Shown in pieces: positions 36,750 to 46,349 of a stretch of 64,000 nucleotides of DNA. The position numbers and the translations under genes are program-made. How positions within the stretch are numbered: position 1 is the first letter of the stretch; each line of letters begins with the position of its first letter. This stretch comes from Gemmatimonadales bacterium (GTDB taxonomy: Bacteria > Gemmatimonadota > Gemmatimonadetes > Gemmatimonadales > GWC2-71-9): NCBI GenBank assembly GCA_965249575.1, contig OZ252244.1, positions 3,360,001-3,424,000 of the forward strand, in the 5' to 3' direction. The notes below the pieces were generated by a model. It was not told the origin of the DNA, did not search any database, and saw nothing but the letters and a program-made list of their open reading frames with translations.

Positions 36750-37745
36750 TTACTTCCGGCCGCGGTTCTCCGTGAATCCTTCGAGCTTCCGTACATCTGC
36801 CGACGCCCCGAGTCTACGGAATCGGTCGATCGCCCGTCCGGCCACTTCCTTCGCTTCCTTCGTGCGGCGCGAGGCTTGGAGGAGATGTGCCAAATCCCGC
36901 TCCGCCATCGCCGCGAGTAACGGGCGCCCATGGGTTTCGGCGCGCTCGATTACTTCGCCCAGGAGGCGTTCGGCTTCGTCCCAATCGTTCATTCCAATGT
37001 GGACAGCCGCCAACACTCGAAGGTCTTCGGATTCGCCGACGACGTCCCCGACTTGACGATGTGTCTGCAGTGCTAGCTCTACCTCTCTTCGCGCAAGTTC
37101 CGCCGCTCCGGTCCGCAGCCGAATCTCGGCCCGACCCGCGAACGTCTGTCCACGGAGTGCCAGGTCACCGAACGATTCGGTCTGGCGTACCGCACGGTCG
37201 GCGGCTTCCATCCCCCGTACCAGATCGCCTTTGTCACGGTAGGTGATGGCCAGATTGTGTTGCGCCTCCGCAAGCCCGCGCGCGTGGCCGGCTTTTTGGA
37301 AAGCGGCGAGCGCCATCGTGTAGGAGCTCACGGCCTTGCCGTACTCGCCTCGCAGGTTGGCGATGATACCCAGATTGTTGGAGCATCGCCCGACTGCTGC
37401 ATGCTCCTGTTCCCGCTCGGCTTCGGCCAGCGCGAGCTGGAAGTAGTCTGCAGCGGCTTCGATGCGTCCGCGCTCAAAGGCGATGGCTCCGCACACGTTC
37501 AAGGACCGCGCTTCGATGGAGCGATCTCCGCGCTCTCGAGCGCGGTGCAGGGCAACCTCCGCCCAGCGCTCCGCTTCTACGAGCTGTCCGAGCCGGCCGA
37601 GCGCGATACCGTAGAGCAGGGCCAACGTTGGGGAGTTCTGTAGCTCGTCCTCGGGTTGTGCGCGGATGAACTCGAGCGCTTCCGCATGACGCCCCGTGTC
37701 AACAAGGCTCTGCACCCTGCTGAGCTGGATGAGTGAATTCTTCAC
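36750..37745 (-). CDS. Cytoplasmic all-TPR protein (MalT/Rap-like repeats)
   Basis: About 7 TPRs (ARSLNVCG, CSNNLGIIA, AQHNLAITY); no signal peptide, no HTH; starts 8 nt after the small-peptide gene. Confidence 0.85.
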   Translation of the reverse strand: MKNSLIQLSRVQSLVDTGRHAEALEFIRAQPEDELQNSPTLALLYGIALGRLGQLVEAERWAEVALHRARERGDRSIEARSLNVCGAIAFERGRIEAAADYFQLALAEAEREQEHAAVGRCSNNLGIIANLRGEYGKAVSSYTMALAAFQKAGHARGLAEAQHNLAITYRDKGDLVRGMEAADRAVRQTESFGDLALRGQTFAGRAEIRLRTGAAELARREVELALQTHRQVGDVVGESEDLRVLAAVHIGMNDWDEAERLLGEVIERAETHGRPLLAAMAERDLAHLLQASRRTKEAKEVAGRAIDRFRRLGASADVRKLEGFTENRGRK

Positions 37746-37753
37746 AGGGCCGT

Positions 37754-37942
37754 CTACCAGGACACCGCGTAGTCGGCCCTCTGCTTCTCACACCACGACC
37801 ACTGGGTCTCCTCGCCATCGGTCGCCACTGCTTGGCAGAGGCCACCGACATCCAGCTCGCCGACCGTCGGTCCGGTGGCTTCGCCGCACGCCGCCACGAC
37901 GAAGGCCGCGGCGAGTGCCAGGAAGAATCGCTTCTGTCGCAT
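37754..37942 (-). CDS. Small secreted lipopeptide (62 aa), candidate signal precursor
   Basis: AAGGAG RBS; MRQKRFFLALAAAFVVAA-C lipobox; two further Cys; ends DYAVSW. Confidence 0.75.
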   Translation of the reverse strand: MRQKRFFLALAAAFVVAACGEATGPTVGELDVGGLCQAVATDGEETQWSWCEKQRADYAVSW

Positions 37943-38046
37943 CCCACACTCCTTACGCTAAACGTTGGCGATCCCCCGGGCTCGATAAGGCCCGCCGCGA
38001 GATGGTCCGGCTCTGACCCTCAGGGTTCTCGCTCAACTCCCTCATG

Positions 38047-38090
38047 TGCACCCCGCATGCCGGGAGCGGATCATAGGTAAGCGTTTGATG
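38047..38090 (-). promoter_or_regulatory. Sigma-54 (-24/-12) promoter with IHF site for the peptide-TPR operon
   Basis: CCGGCATGCGGGGTGCA (38063-38047; GG-N10-GC) and CATCAAACGCTTA (38090-38078; one mismatch to WATCAANNNNTTR). Confidence 0.7.
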
Positions 38091-38314
38091 TGTAATAAGT
38101 TGTGGCTATCGCGCCCTGCGAGAGCTGGCTCGTACTGATCCACCCTGGGGCGAATCGACCCAGGTCACGCTTGAGTAGTATCGCCGCTGTTGACGCGGCT
38201 CCGGAGGATCAAGCCGGTGTCCTGGGCCAACTCATTTCTTGCGTGGGCGGTTTCCAGCGGGTTTGCTGTCCGGGCTCCACTCCATGTGTGTCGCGCCGCA
38301 CGGAGAGAGGGGCG

Positions 38315-39655
38315 TCAGGCGCTCTGTTGCTCGGTTCCGAGGAGGCGGCGCAGTCGCCGGCGGGAGATGCCCAGGCGGCGGGCCGCTTCGCTGCGATTGC
38401 CGCCGCAGAAGCGCAGCGCTGTTTGCGCCGCCACCGCGGTGATCTCGCTCAGCTGCGCGGGGAACGGGATGGCTCCTTGAGTGGCGGGCGCGGCGCTCCC
38501 CCCCTCCGGTAGGAGCTCGCCGACCGCCAGTTCCCCCGCGGGAGAGAGGAGGAGTGCTCGCTCGACGGCGTTTTTGAGCTCGCGAACGTTTCCGGGCCAG
38601 TGATGCTCTAGCAGCGCGCGTCGGGCCTCGGCACTCAAGGCCGGCACCGGCAGCTCGTGCTGCTGGGCCAATCGCTCGAGGAGCGCATTGGCAATGTGAA
38701 GGACGTCATCCCCACGGTCGCGGAGGGGTGGGAGCTTGAGCGTGACCACGCTCAACCGGAAAAAGAGGTCCCGCCGGAACGCGCCCGACCGCATTGCCTC
38801 TTCCAGGTTCTCGTTCGTGGCGGCGATGATTCGGAGGTCGACTCTCCGGAGCCGCGTGCTCCCGACTCGGCGAACCTGCCGCTGGTCGAGCACGCGAAGC
38901 AACTTCGCTTGCAAATCGACGGGGAGCGTTCCGATCTCGTCTAAGAAAAGCGTCCCACCGTCGGCGACCTCGAACAGCCCCGGCTTGGCGGCGTGCGCAT
39001 CGGTAAACGCGCCACGCTCGTGGCCGAACAGCTCCGATTCGACCAGGTGGTCGGGGAGCGCCGAACAGTTGACCGGCACGAACGGGCCAGCCCGTCGCGG
39101 ACTCCCATCGTGGAGCGCTCGAGCCAGCAGCTCCTTGCCGGTTCCGGTCTCGCCCATGAGCAGGGCGGTGGCGTTGGCATGTGGCAGGATTCGCTCCGCT
39201 CGGGAGAGCACCGCTTTCAACGCGGCGCTCTCGCCCATGATCTCGTCAAACGCTTCGGCCTTCTCCTCGGTGTCGGCACTGGCTCGCCGCAGATCGTCCG
39301 CGCGCCGCCCAACCGCCGATGAAACCGCATTCCGTAGGATCTCCACGTCTTCGGGCACGGCGAAATAGTCGGTGGCGCCCCGCCCAACGGCCTGTGCGGC
39401 CATTCGTCGGCCCGGGTCGGCTCCTACTGCAAACACCGGGATGCCATCCGTCGACCCGTGGCGGTCGAGCCAGTCTAGCGCGTCGCGCTCGGCGCCGCCC
39501 GCAGAGAGTACGACGGCGGCTGTGTCCGGTGATTTAATGAAGGTCTCGGGGTCCGTGACGGTCTGTAGGCTAGCGCCCGCGTGCTCGGCGAGCTCTTCCC
39601 AGAACTCCCCGAACGCTTCCGACAGCAACACGACCGTCAATTGGACGTCGCTCAT
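38315..39655 (-). CDS. Sigma-54-dependent activator (bEBP) with pseudo-receiver domain
   Basis: GETGTGKE, ESELFGHERGAFTDA, LFLDEI, WPGNVREL, C-terminal HTH; N-terminal REC-like domain without the phospho-Asp (VVLSAGG). Confidence 0.93.
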   Translation of the reverse strand: MSDVQLTVVLLSEAFGEFWEELAEHAGASLQTVTDPETFIKSPDTAAVVLSAGGAERDALDWLDRHGSTDGIPVFAVGADPGRRMAAQAVGRGATDYFAVPEDVEILRNAVSSAVGRRADDLRRASADTEEKAEAFDEIMGESAALKAVLSRAERILPHANATALLMGETGTGKELLARALHDGSPRRAGPFVPVNCSALPDHLVESELFGHERGAFTDAHAAKPGLFEVADGGTLFLDEIGTLPVDLQAKLLRVLDQRQVRRVGSTRLRRVDLRIIAATNENLEEAMRSGAFRRDLFFRLSVVTLKLPPLRDRGDDVLHIANALLERLAQQHELPVPALSAEARRALLEHHWPGNVRELKNAVERALLLSPAGELAVGELLPEGGSAAPATQGAIPFPAQLSEITAVAAQTALRFCGGNRSEAARRLGISRRRLRRLLGTEQQSA

Positions 39656-39784
39656 TCGTCTCTCCCAACCAAAGGGGTCGACTCACTGGCGTCCCGTCCC
39701 CGGGTTCCCGATGGTACCGAAGTGATCCATTTTGTACCAGCTCGCACAAAGCGTACCAGGGTATGTCAGGCCATTAAATCAATG

Positions 39785-39841
39785 TAAGTTGTTGTTATAC
39801 AATACGTTAACGGATTTGGAGTGCCTGGCCCCGTCGTTGCG
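39785..39841 (+). promoter_or_regulatory. Sigma-54 promoter with IHF-like site for the HD-GYP gene
   Basis: CTGGCCCCGTCGTTGCG (39825-39841; TGGC-N7-TTGC) preceded by AT-rich TAAGTTGTTGTTATACAATACGTTA (IHF-like). Confidence 0.7.
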
Positions 39842-39896
39842 TCGTTGCATGGGTGCAAGCGGGAGGTCATATGCAACTCCAGCGGAGGGACGCGAG

Positions 39897-40700
39897 ATGA
39901 TCAATTCACACGCAATCTCCAAGCGCCTGGGTGAGGGCCTGGCTGACAGCGCGATCGAGCGCCCTTGGTCTCGGCACAGCGGGGAGTTGTATTCGTGGGA
40001 AGAGTTGGGTTTGGGTGCCCTCGAAGAGGCATGTGGGTCAACCGACTCCACCGAATCGGGTAGTATGGGATCGCTGGTCGCTCATAGTGAAAAGATCCTC
40101 CTGGGTGCCGTGCAGGCACTGGCCCATGCGCTCGAGGCCAAGGACGCGTACACCTCGGGCCACTCGGCCCGGGTCAGCTCCTACTCGGTCGCGATTGCGC
40201 GTGCCATGGGCGGAAGCCTCATTGAAGTAGAAGAGGTCGCATTGGGGGCCGCGCTTCACGACGTCGGCAAGATCGGCATCCCCGAGCAATTGCTGCGAAA
40301 GCCGGGCCCGCTAACCGCCGCCGAACACCTCTGCGTCATGGAGCACACGGTGATCGGGGAACGCATACTGACTCCGCTGCTGGAGAGCAGGCCCCGCGTG
40401 CTGCAGATCGTCCGGTCGCACCACGAGCGCGTCGATGGACGCGGCACACCCGATGGTCTTCAGGGTGACGCGATTCCGATGTTTGCCCGCATCGTCGCGG
40501 TGGCGGACGCGTTCGACGCGATGACCAGCGCCCGGCCCTACCGAGCCTCTCTCGATCCGTGCGTGGCGCTCAGAGAGCTCGACGACAACGCCGGCACGCA
40601 GCTCGACCCAGCATGCGTGGCGGCCTTCTACGCCGTCCTGCTCGGCAGCCACCACCCGAGCGAGCAGGAGTGGACCGGATTGAAATCGATCGCCGCCTAG
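39897..40700 (+). CDS. HD-GYP domain protein (putative c-di-GMP phosphodiesterase)
   Basis: EAKDAYTSGHS.RV, LHDVGKIG, HHERVDGRGTPDG, VADAFDAMTSARPYR; no sensor domain. GGAGG RBS before ATG 39897. Confidence 0.9.
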   Translation: MINSHAISKRLGEGLADSAIERPWSRHSGELYSWEELGLGALEEACGSTDSTESGSMGSLVAHSEKILLGAVQALAHALEAKDAYTSGHSARVSSYSVAIARAMGGSLIEVEEVALGAALHDVGKIGIPEQLLRKPGPLTAAEHLCVMEHTVIGERILTPLLESRPRVLQIVRSHHERVDGRGTPDGLQGDAIPMFARIVAVADAFDAMTSARPYRASLDPCVALRELDDNAGTQLDPACVAAFYAVLLGSHHPSEQEWTGLKSIAA

Positions 40701-40926
40701 TCGACCGGGCCATCGGGTCCCCCTCCCAACCTCCCCCAACCCTCATAGCGCCGGTGGTCGGTCCACTGGCGTGAACAATGGACCCCCGCCCGACGTTCGG
40801 GTACATTCACGCGCTCAATACCGATTCTCGTCAGGTGAATTTGAGAATGGAACGTGGACGCGTCTGCATCGGTCGTGTGCCGAGCAGGAACGCCGATCCC
40901 AACCGTTGACAACCGGAGATCAGACC

Positions 40927-42273
40927 ATGAGACGCGGGCTTCTCCCGTTCGTCCTCTCGTTACTGATGAGCGCCGCTTCACTCCAGGGCCAGCAGGTGTG
41001 GCCCGCTCCCGACCCCGATTTGCTCACGCGGGCAAAGGCGCTACTCAGCGAGGCGCCGCTCATTGATGGGCACAACGATCTGGCGACGTCGCTCCTCCGT
41101 GTCGTGGGCGGCAATCTGGAGCGCACAGACCTGACCGCGCGCCAGCCCGAACTCTCTGCGGATCTCCCGCGGCTCCGCGAGGGAATGGTTGGCGGGCAGT
41201 TTTGGTCGGCGTGGTCCCCGTCGGCGACCCAGCGAAGCGGGACAGCCCTGCTGGAAGGGCTAAAGGAAGTCGACCTGATTCACCAGTTCGTAGACCTCCA
41301 TCCCGAACTCCAGTTCGTGGAATCGGCCGATGACATCGAGCGGCTTTTCCGAGAGGGAAAGATCGCGTCGATGATCGGGCTCGAGGGAGCCCACATGATC
41401 GCAAATTCGCTCGCAGCGCTGAGGCTCTACCGCCGGTTGGGCGTGCGGTACATGACGCTCACGCACTTTGGCAACACCGATTGGGCGGACGCTGCGACGG
41501 ACGCACCACGGCATGGTGGCTTGACCGAGTTCGGCGAAGAGGTGGTTCGGGAGATGAACCGGCTCGGGATCTTCGTGGATCTGTCGCATGTGAGTCCTGC
41601 GACGATGGACGACGCGCTGCGCGTGAGTCGCGCTCCGGTCATCTACTCACATTCGAATGCGTGGGCCATCAACGCCCATCCCAGGAACGTTCCCGATCAC
41701 ATCCTGCGGCGAGTCGCTGCCAACGGCGGCGTTGTGATGGTGAACTTTATCGCCGGTTACGTTCCGCCCACCGATCCTGAGTGGCGAAGCCGGCGGGGAC
41801 CCGAGGCGGAACAAGTGCGCGTCGCGTCGGCCCGCACAGGGGATGAGCCAGTCTGGGGCAGCAGGCGGGATTTGGTTCTCGAGCGCCTGCGGGCGGAGCT
41901 CGATGACGAACGGGAGATCGCCAGCCGCCTCGGGGAGTGGGCTCAGCAGAATCCGATGCCGCGAGGCAACATCGGTGACGTTGCTGACCACATCGACCAT
42001 ATCTGCCAGGTCGCCGGAATCGATCATGTCGGGATCGGCTCGGATTTTTACGACAACGGTGAGTCCTCAATGGCATACGGCCTGGAGGATGTCAGCCAGT
42101 ATCCCGTGCTGTTTGCCGAGCTTCTGCGCCGCGGCTACAGCGATCAAGACGTCAAAAAGATCGCGGGGCTCAACCTCATCGGGGCCATGCGCGAAATGGA
42201 GCGGGTAGCGGGCGAATTACAGGCCGAGACGGAGCCCTCCGCGGTTCAGTACCCAGGCGAGTTGGTCCAGTAG
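40927..42273 (+). CDS. Membrane dipeptidase (peptidase M19), exported
   Basis: Signal peptide; IDGHND, GLEGAH, YMTLTH, DLSHVS, SHS, GIGSDF. Confidence 0.93.
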   Translation: MRRGLLPFVLSLLMSAASLQGQQVWPAPDPDLLTRAKALLSEAPLIDGHNDLATSLLRVVGGNLERTDLTARQPELSADLPRLREGMVGGQFWSAWSPSATQRSGTALLEGLKEVDLIHQFVDLHPELQFVESADDIERLFREGKIASMIGLEGAHMIANSLAALRLYRRLGVRYMTLTHFGNTDWADAATDAPRHGGLTEFGEEVVREMNRLGIFVDLSHVSPATMDDALRVSRAPVIYSHSNAWAINAHPRNVPDHILRRVAANGGVVMVNFIAGYVPPTDPEWRSRRGPEAEQVRVASARTGDEPVWGSRRDLVLERLRAELDDEREIASRLGEWAQQNPMPRGNIGDVADHIDHICQVAGIDHVGIGSDFYDNGESSMAYGLEDVSQYPVLFAELLRRGYSDQDVKKIAGLNLIGAMREMERVAGELQAETEPSAVQYPGELVQ

Positions 42274-42479
42274 TCGCTCGCCGCGCGTAACACGGGCAGC
42301 GCTTGGCCTGCGGTCGGGGCGCACGGATGCGTGACGGGCGCTCTCCACTGCGAACGACGTGATGTTATCCCCTCCTTCCACTCCATCCGTGCTACAGGTC
42401 GTTGGTCTCCGGACCTTACCGACCGCACCGCCAGCAACATGCCGGGGAACCACAGGGTAGTCGCTTCTGTTACCCTGTC

Positions 42480-43601
42480 GTGAAACGCCAATCGATTGCC
42501 CGACTGGCAGCGGCTGTTGGAGCGCTGCCGGTGATAGGGTGTGCCGGCACCGATCCATTCGCGGTCGCCGATGACGGGTTCGACATATCCAGTTGCTCCG
42601 TGCCGCAGGTCGAGCTCTTCCTTTGTGGTCCAGCACGGGATGGCATTCCAGCGCTCAATGATTCCAACATCGTCCCAGCCTCGGACCTTCCGGCATCCTT
42701 GGTCACCGGGCGGGTGCTCGGGGTAGAAATGAACGGCGAGGCCCGCGCGTACCCTTTGACGGTGCTCTGGTGGCACGAGATCGTCAACGACACGCTGGGC
42801 GGAGAACCGATTGTCGTTTCGTATTGTCCCCTGACCGGATCGGGCCTCGCGTTTGACCCCCGCGTAAACGGCGAGGTGCTCAACTTCGGCGTCTCCGGCG
42901 TTCTCTTTGAAAACAACCTGGTCATGTTCGATCGCCAATCTGAGAGCCTTTGGAGCCAGCTCGGAGTGTCCGGCATCTGTGGGGCCGCTCGCGACCAGCA
43001 ATTGAATCGATTGCCGGTCGTCGAAACGGCCACGTGGTGGTGGGTGGCGCTACATCCCAACGCCACGGTGGTCACGCAGAATACCGGGCACGCAAGACCG
43101 TATGGTGTGTATCCGTACGGGACGTATAACTCACCGACAAAACGACACGCTTCAGTTCCCCAGCTCGCCGTTCAGCGATGCACGGCCTCCCAAGGACCTC
43201 GTACTTGGAGTCGTCGAGGGGGATGCCGCCGCCGCCTAGCCCTTCAACGAACTGGCGCTGAGCGGGAGCACCGCGGTGCTGAACGACACGCTCGGTCGCC
43301 GGCCGATCGCGATCGTCAATACGTCGAGGGGGGAATGGCGCGCGCTTTCGATCGCACCGTCGATGGCCAGGTGCTCACTCTCAGGATCAACGAGTTCAAC
43401 ACGCCGACCCTCATCGACGCGGAGACCGGGTCCACTTGGAGTGTCCAGGGCCAGGCCACGGCCGGCCCGTTGGCGGGCATGAGGCTCGAGCCCCTCGAAG
43501 ACGCCTACGTCGTGTTTTGGTTTGCCTGGTCGGTATTCCATCCCGACACTCGCCTGTTCGACAACCCTATCGGCGGCTCGGCTGCCCTGCAGGACGACTG
43601 A
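42480..43601 (+). pseudogene. DUF3179-family lipoprotein with an internal frameshifted segment and a nonsense codon
   Basis: RDGIPAL, ARAYP..LWWHEIVND, SYCPLTGSG, FGVSG..NNLVMFDRQSESLWSQ, FWFAW..FHPDT. Between ~43140 and ~43320 the family-like sequence (PPKDLVLGV..AAAA*PF..VLNDTLG) is in another frame, with TAG at 43237. Confidence 0.75.
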
Positions 43602-43625
43602 CGCGTCCGAGTCCCGGGTCCCCGT

Positions 43626-45158
43626 TCAGTCTAACCTCCAATTCCATCCTAAACTGTACGAGATCCCTAGCCTTCCCACGAACCTGGTCTTGGACATTCC
43701 GAGCACATGGCCCGAGTTACCGATGTGATGGAGGCCTGCGTTCAGGTCCAAATCGAGCGAGCGGAAGAGCTGGGCGCGCGCGCCGACGGCCACGCGGAGC
43801 GTGCGCTCCACGGTTCCGATGAACACCGTGGGAATGGTAGGGTCCGGGATGGGCGGGAACGGGTCCCGGATGTCCCCTTCGCCTTGGAAGAGCAGGGTCA
43901 CCTCGGGCGATATCACCACCATCGGTTGGGGCAGGACGGTGGCGATCAGCGAGACCTGCGCGTAGTCGCTGAAGTTTCGTCCGAGGCCGACATTGCGGAC
44001 CAGGAGCGAGTACTCTGGTCCCTGGGGACTGCGGTACGCCAGGCTCGTGACGACGGTGCCCAATAGGCGGACCGCCGTCACCGGGGAGAACGGGATGTCG
44101 ACCAGTCCGGTTGCGGCGAACCGGTCTTGCGCCGAGCTCGGGGCACCGCCGAGAGACACGAGTAGGGGGATTGAGCTCAGATCGTCGACGAGGAGGCTCC
44201 CCTGCAGGGTAGTGCCCTGGGGGAATGCAAGCCGTAGCTCGAAGCCGAAGACGGAGTTGATCGAGTCGGCAAGGCCCTCGTCGTTTCGGGTCATGAACGA
44301 GAGGGTGAACGGGTTGAGCCAATGCAGCTCCCACCCACGGCCGACCCCCTGCCACAGCGTGCCATGGGTGAAACTCGCGGTGAGCCAATCCTCGGGTTGA
44401 AGTACCAACCGGTATGACGCCCAGTAGCGGCGGATGGCATTCCCGGTCGAGTCCGCGAAATCGTCCAACTGCGTAATGAGAGCTTCCATTCGCAGCGCCC
44501 GCGTTCCAAGATGTGCCGCCAGGTGATCGTAGGAGTACGGCTGTGGCGAGATGAGCATACCTGCGAACCCGGGTGGGCCCCAGTTGCGGCCCATCCTTCC
44601 GAAAAACATCTCCCCGTACTTCGCCTGCAGGCTCACATACGTATCGGTGAATCGCCCGGCGAACGTTGTCGAGCGCCTGCCCGCCCAGTCCGGATCCTTC
44701 GTGAGACGGCGCTCGGAGTAGGGGCGAATGGACATGACCGCGGGCCCAATCGTGGCGTCCAACTGCGCCCCGAAGTGCGGTGATACGTTGTCCCCTCCGG
44801 TCTCGCGCAGGGGATCTCGCCTGGCATGAGTTGCGAACGACGTGCCGCCCCACAACTCGAGACCAGCGTGCGGTGTGCCCCCCGCCGCAGAGAGCTCCTC
44901 GCGCAGATAACGAATCGTTGCCCGAACGCCCCCTTGTAGTCCCGTCGTGTCAGTTGCGGCGAGGGCCGCGAGGATCTCGTGTCGCTTGAAGGGGCGGGTC
45001 AGCGGTTTGGGGTCGTCAATCACGCCCGCCCTGACCAGGTGCTCGACGTAGGGGGTGATCCGGCCTTCGATTGGGACATATCGGGAGGGAGCTTGGCCGG
45101 GTAGCGCGGACGCGACGCCCGGGAGCAGCGCCCACAGCAGGGCGGCGGTTCGCTTCAT
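43626..45158 (-). CDS. Capsule assembly Wzi-like outer-membrane protein
   Basis: Signal peptide MKRTAALLWALL; FGRMGRNWGP, SYDH, NPF, GLGRNFSDY; amphipathic C-terminal strand. Confidence 0.7.
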   Translation of the reverse strand: MKRTAALLWALLPGVASALPGQAPSRYVPIEGRITPYVEHLVRAGVIDDPKPLTRPFKRHEILAALAATDTTGLQGGVRATIRYLREELSAAGGTPHAGLELWGGTSFATHARRDPLRETGGDNVSPHFGAQLDATIGPAVMSIRPYSERRLTKDPDWAGRRSTTFAGRFTDTYVSLQAKYGEMFFGRMGRNWGPPGFAGMLISPQPYSYDHLAAHLGTRALRMEALITQLDDFADSTGNAIRRYWASYRLVLQPEDWLTASFTHGTLWQGVGRGWELHWLNPFTLSFMTRNDEGLADSINSVFGFELRLAFPQGTTLQGSLLVDDLSSIPLLVSLGGAPSSAQDRFAATGLVDIPFSPVTAVRLLGTVVTSLAYRSPQGPEYSLLVRNVGLGRNFSDYAQVSLIATVLPQPMVVISPEVTLLFQGEGDIRDPFPPIPDPTIPTVFIGTVERTLRVAVGARAQLFRSLDLDLNAGLHHIGNSGHVLGMSKTRFVGRLGISYSLGWNWRLD

Positions 45159-45248
45159 GGAACGCAATTTGTATGAATCCCGGGCCCGGGAGAAGGGAAC
45201 TGTGTAAGTTGCCGCTATCACTCGCTCAGCAGCGACTCGTCCGGATCG

Positions 45249-46250
45249 ATGACACCACTCACCGTTGAGTCTGTCCGAGGACATCTGGTCGAAACCGTCC
45301 ATCGCGTTTCGGCTGCCATCGTCGACGTCGACGGCCGTCTCGTCGCGCGGGCGGGCGACCCCGACCTGCTGTCGCCCATGCGCTCCGTGGCGAAACCCTT
45401 TCAGGCCGTGCCGGTGGTTGCCGACGGAGCGTTCGAGCGGTTCGGGATGACAACCGAAGAGCTGGCCATGACGTGCGCCTCGCACAGTGCAGAGCTGCGG
45501 CACATCGAGATCGTGCGCAGCTTGCTACGGCGCGTGGGGTGCGAGGAAGGGGATCTAGTCTGCGGTCCACATGCTTCGCTCGCGGCAGAGCTTGCGGTCG
45601 GCGAGCTCGTACCACCCGATCGCTCAGCCGACGAGCGGCCGTCGTCTCTGGCCAGCAATTGCTCGGGGAAACACGCCGGAATGCTAGCACTGGCACGGCA
45701 TCATGGATGGGATGTACGGGGCTACAACCGGGCGACCCATCCAGTGCAGCAGCGGTGCCGCCACGAAGTGGCCCGCTGGACCGATATCCCCGCGGACCGG
45801 TTGGGCGAGGCGGTGGACGGTTGCGGCGTGGTGTGTTTCGGAGGGCCGTTGCGCAACATCGGGCTTGGTTTCGCGCGGATCGCGCGATCCGACGATCTCT
45901 CTGCCCGCCAGGTGGTCGCCGCGATGTGGGCGCACTCCGGGCTCGTGGCCGGTCGCGGTAGACTGTGCACAGCCCTCATGACGAGCTACGCCGGGAGAGT
46001 CCTCGCGAAAGTGGGTGCTGCTGGCCTCTACGGGTTGGCGCTTCCGGAGCCGGGCTTCGGGATTGCGCTGAAAGTCGAAGATGGCAACGCGCGGGCCGCC
46101 ATGGTCGCCACGGTCAGGATATTGGCGGAGCTTGGGCTCGAGCCGTCGCCAGCCGATCAGTGTCGCCGATTTGGTGAGATCGCGGTGTTGAACACAAGGG
46201 GCGAGCCCGTCGGGATCGTGCGGGCCGTTGGCTCGCTGGCGTTCGAATGA
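45249..46250 (+). CDS. L-asparaginase II (Rhizobium-type) family
   Basis: VRG..VE..H, RSVAKPFQA, CASHS, NCSGKHAGML, DGCG. Confidence 0.9.
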   Translation: MTPLTVESVRGHLVETVHRVSAAIVDVDGRLVARAGDPDLLSPMRSVAKPFQAVPVVADGAFERFGMTTEELAMTCASHSAELRHIEIVRSLLRRVGCEEGDLVCGPHASLAAELAVGELVPPDRSADERPSSLASNCSGKHAGMLALARHHGWDVRGYNRATHPVQQRCRHEVARWTDIPADRLGEAVDGCGVVCFGGPLRNIGLGFARIARSDDLSARQVVAAMWAHSGLVAGRGRLCTALMTSYAGRVLAKVGAAGLYGLALPEPGFGIALKVEDGNARAAMVATVRILAELGLEPSPADQCRRFGEIAVLNTRGEPVGIVRAVGSLAFE

Positions 46251-46349
46251 CTGAGCGCGCGGCACTACGATGCGAAGCCGCGCGGCGGGAGGCCTAGTGT
46301 TGAGCGGTTCGTGGAAAGGGGTAAAGCCAGGGTGCAGGCCGGCTGACTG

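Noticed and set aside
43237..43239. Pyrrolysine or amber recoding in the DUF3179 gene
   Set aside because: The TAG replaces an expected Tyr codon (one substitution) in a gene with two frameshifts, and TAG is a normal stop in many genes here.
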